Below, one piece after another: positions 61,181 through 64,000 of a stretch of DNA of 64,000 bases (the stretch's first letter is position 1; every line of letters starts with the position of its first letter). A program made the position numbers and the translations under genes. Under the pieces are notes generated by a model, which saw nothing but the letters and a program-made list of their open reading frames with translations, was not told the origin of the DNA and did no database searches. Source of the stretch: Eledone cirrhosa (lineage: Eukaryota); contig OZ024750.1 in assembly GCA_964016885.1 (NCBI GenBank), forward strand, positions 19,964,001-20,028,000, read 5' to 3'.

Positions 61181-62486
61181 TATATATATATATATATATA
61201 TTTATTCAGGTTTGAGGTTCACCACTGTATAGAGCTGGTCTATTCCTTATGGTCAATCGTAATGCAATAATATAGAGAGTACTCAACGTAAGGCAGTTCA
61301 ATATATATAAATATATATAAATACATATATATATGTGTACATATATATAACAGAGATTTGTTACTTCGTTGAAAAATTGTTGAATAGGAAACTAATTTAC
61401 ATTTTGAAAACACAAACAATGCGTATGCAGAATGTTACATTGCCAAAATAACAAAGAAGCGTGCTATTTCCTTATATCAGATGCCTTAAATATAAAATCC
61501 CACTGCATATCTATGCAAACATAAATATGTTATAGACATTTATTAAACGCCTGGATATATCATCATTTCTATATATCTTCATGTAAATAACATGAAGAGA
61601 ATCACCAGAAGTCGTACTTATTGCTGTACTATTTTCAGTATGGTAGAAGCCCTTGTGACATACATGGATATACGATCGGTTTAATATATGTTCTGAGAGT
61701 TAATTTCACATCAGATTTATAACATGTTAATAATATAATGCAAGTGGCAATATTTTCTAACGATGCAGAATAACACATGCAGAGTGATGTGTCGTTGAAT
61801 GACCGATTCTAAATGAATAGAGATTTATATGTACAACAAATGGATAACTAACATTCACTAACATGAACTGCATACCAATTATGCTGAATTATATATCAAG
61901 CCTTAGATGCTATTCATTGATCTAAACATAAAAGTATTCTTATACATACTTTCTTTTTAATGACGCAATACATGTAAAGTAATACCTATTCTGTATGCAA
62001 CGCAACGCTATTTGCTTGCAAACGAATAAAATAAATTAGAAAATATAGTCCTATTTTACTTTGCATATACTTATAACTAAATCCATAGATCCATGAAGAA
62101 ATCGTGTCTTCGTTGTCATTTTATTTCAGGATTGCATATTCAAAGGATGTCAGGAAAATTGTAATATTTAAGTGTGATTCATAATAGACTAGGCATCACT
62201 AATGTCCTGGCAATAACTGTAATAACTGATCCTACTTACGAAAGAACCTTTAGACTGGACCTAGAGAAAGTGAAATATATTATAAATACTTTTCACGATT
62301 TGAGATGTATCGTTCTTATGGTAATACTGTTTGAGAAAAAGAAAAAAAAGGTTCACTTTCCATTTTACTCGTTTTTCACTTCGAGTATTTCTTATAATTA
62401 CTCATATATATGGAATCTGTATATCTATGTCTATTATTTTCAGTCTCTATCCCCCCTCCCTCTCTATCTATCTATCTATCTATCTA

Positions 62487-62565
<79 letters not shown>

Positions 62566-62602
62566 ATTTCTCTTACTCTCTCTCTTTCTCTCCATCTATC
62601 TC

Positions 62603-62631
<29 letters not shown>

Positions 62632-62636
<5 letters not shown>

Positions 62637-62831
62637 TAAACGGAATAGAAAATGCTGACAAATTGTTCACAGTTGAAAAATGGTTTAATTAGGAATAAAA
62701 GAGTATTAGTGATTGTATGGGTTAGTATTCAGTTGTGGTTTTAAATTTTTAAGTTTTTACCGGTTGCGCATTTCTAAATGCTTTTCAAAAATAATTTTGA
62801 GATAGAGTGTCCGTGTTGTTTGCTCTGATCT
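62632..62831 (-). mobile_element. Solo 200 bp fragment of the 50 kb PLE 3' region
   Basis: Near-identical to 48911-49111 and ends at the same (TA)n boundary. Confidence 0.9.
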
Positions 62832-63037
62832 TTATATATATTGTTATACTTGGGGAGGGTCATATTTGTGTAATAATATTGCCAGAATTAATAACGGAAC
62901 ACACTCACTGTTTGGTTGGTTTTCGCTTCTGTGTCTTTTATATCGATAATCTAATTAATTCGGTCCTCAATGTTAGCATTGACTGACCGACGGTCAAACA
63001 TACAGATACAATATAAACACAAACACATATATATAGT

Positions 63038-64000
63038 CCAACGAAGTTCTTTCGTTGCACATCTGCAACATCGTCAGTGGTGCTATTATGTTTCCTCCCG
63101 TTGTATTGTATGCCTACGCAATCTTTATTTAGTCTGTTTATTTATATATTTATTTTTTTTTGTCTTCTTGCGCATGCGTTTGCGTGTGTGTATTGTGTTT
63201 TGATTGATGTGTGTTCGTGTTTGGGTGACTGTGTATTGATTATTGTATTCTATCTTAGTTTACTAGTGTGTCTGTATATGTGTTTGTTGTTATTGTGATT
63301 GTGTATGTATTTATCTATTTATTTATACTTCTCTTACGTCAGTGTTGTTTGTTTGGGTGTTGTTGTTATTCCATTCATTTTTTCTGTTTAGCCTTGGCCT
63401 TCTAAGTTTATTTCGCTGGCCTCTCTGATTTGCTGGGTCATTTCTATGCTTAGATATTATTCTAATTTCTATGTTGTCTATGTTACCTTCGTGCTGTTGC
63501 CTGGCATGTTCGTATAGTACTGAACCGTCTTGTTGTCCTTTTAGTTTCCCCCAATGTTGGTCTATCCTTTTACCTATGCTACGAGCTGTCTCGCCTATGT
63601 ATGTTGTTGTCATGTTTCTGCAAGTACCCTCTGTACATCTTATGCTATAGACTACGTTTCTAGTGTTACACTTTATCCGGGGGTTTACTTTACATATAAT
63701 ACATTTCCTATTAGTACAATGGGTTTTCTTAAAGGGTAGGTTTTGCTGATCAGGGATTTTATGGTGGTTCCTGGCTTTTCTACCACCTTAATCTTTACGT
63801 GGATCTTCCTCAGGGCCTTTCTAAACTGGTTAGCTAATTTTCCTCCAGTGGTAGCGTCCACAAACATGACGCTCTGGTATCTTTGGTTGTCGTACCGTGA
63901 GGTGGCTTTCCTTATCTTATGTCTAGTCCTATCTAAGCTATTCTATGATTTGCTCCTGTATAACGGGCACATTCCTTTCATGTCCAGTTCTATGAGGGTC
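63038..64000 (-). mobile_element. Frameshifted PLE thumb/GIY-YIG 3' end with UTR hammerhead (63038-63080)
   Basis: VMFVDAT.GG.L...IKVVEKPG, NVVYSIRC..YIGETARSIGKR..H, PRLN; minus cca CTGACGA t gttgca-gatg-tgcaac GAAA, stem III imperfect; runs off the window. Confidence 0.88.

Overview
AT-rich, microsatellite-saturated eukaryotic DNA, probably intronic or intergenic sequence of a coleoid cephalopod (octopod-like; inferred from the tRNA-derived Meta/MESC-core SINE family and the (TA)n density). Most listed ORFs are (TA)n/(CA)n/(GA)n artefacts. The only long real ORF (50000-51442) is a 5'-truncated Penelope-like element (PLE) RT + GIY-YIG protein flanked by a ~1.1 kb inverted arm. Other coding remnants are two more PLE endonuclease fragments, RTE, CRE-like, CR1-group and R4-like LINE fragments; there is also a Tc1/mariner MITE and about a dozen SINEs. 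The main hidden signal is a dense set of about 20 type I hammerhead ribozyme (HHR) motifs from roughly ten sequence families, folded by eye. Most sit in short ORF-less fold-back elements inserted in (TA)n tracts, which puts an HHR on both strands, and many fold or truncation points fall in the ribozyme core or stem II. Three candidate minus-strand host exons are weakly supported. All structures and coordinates were read manually; nothing was computed or searched.
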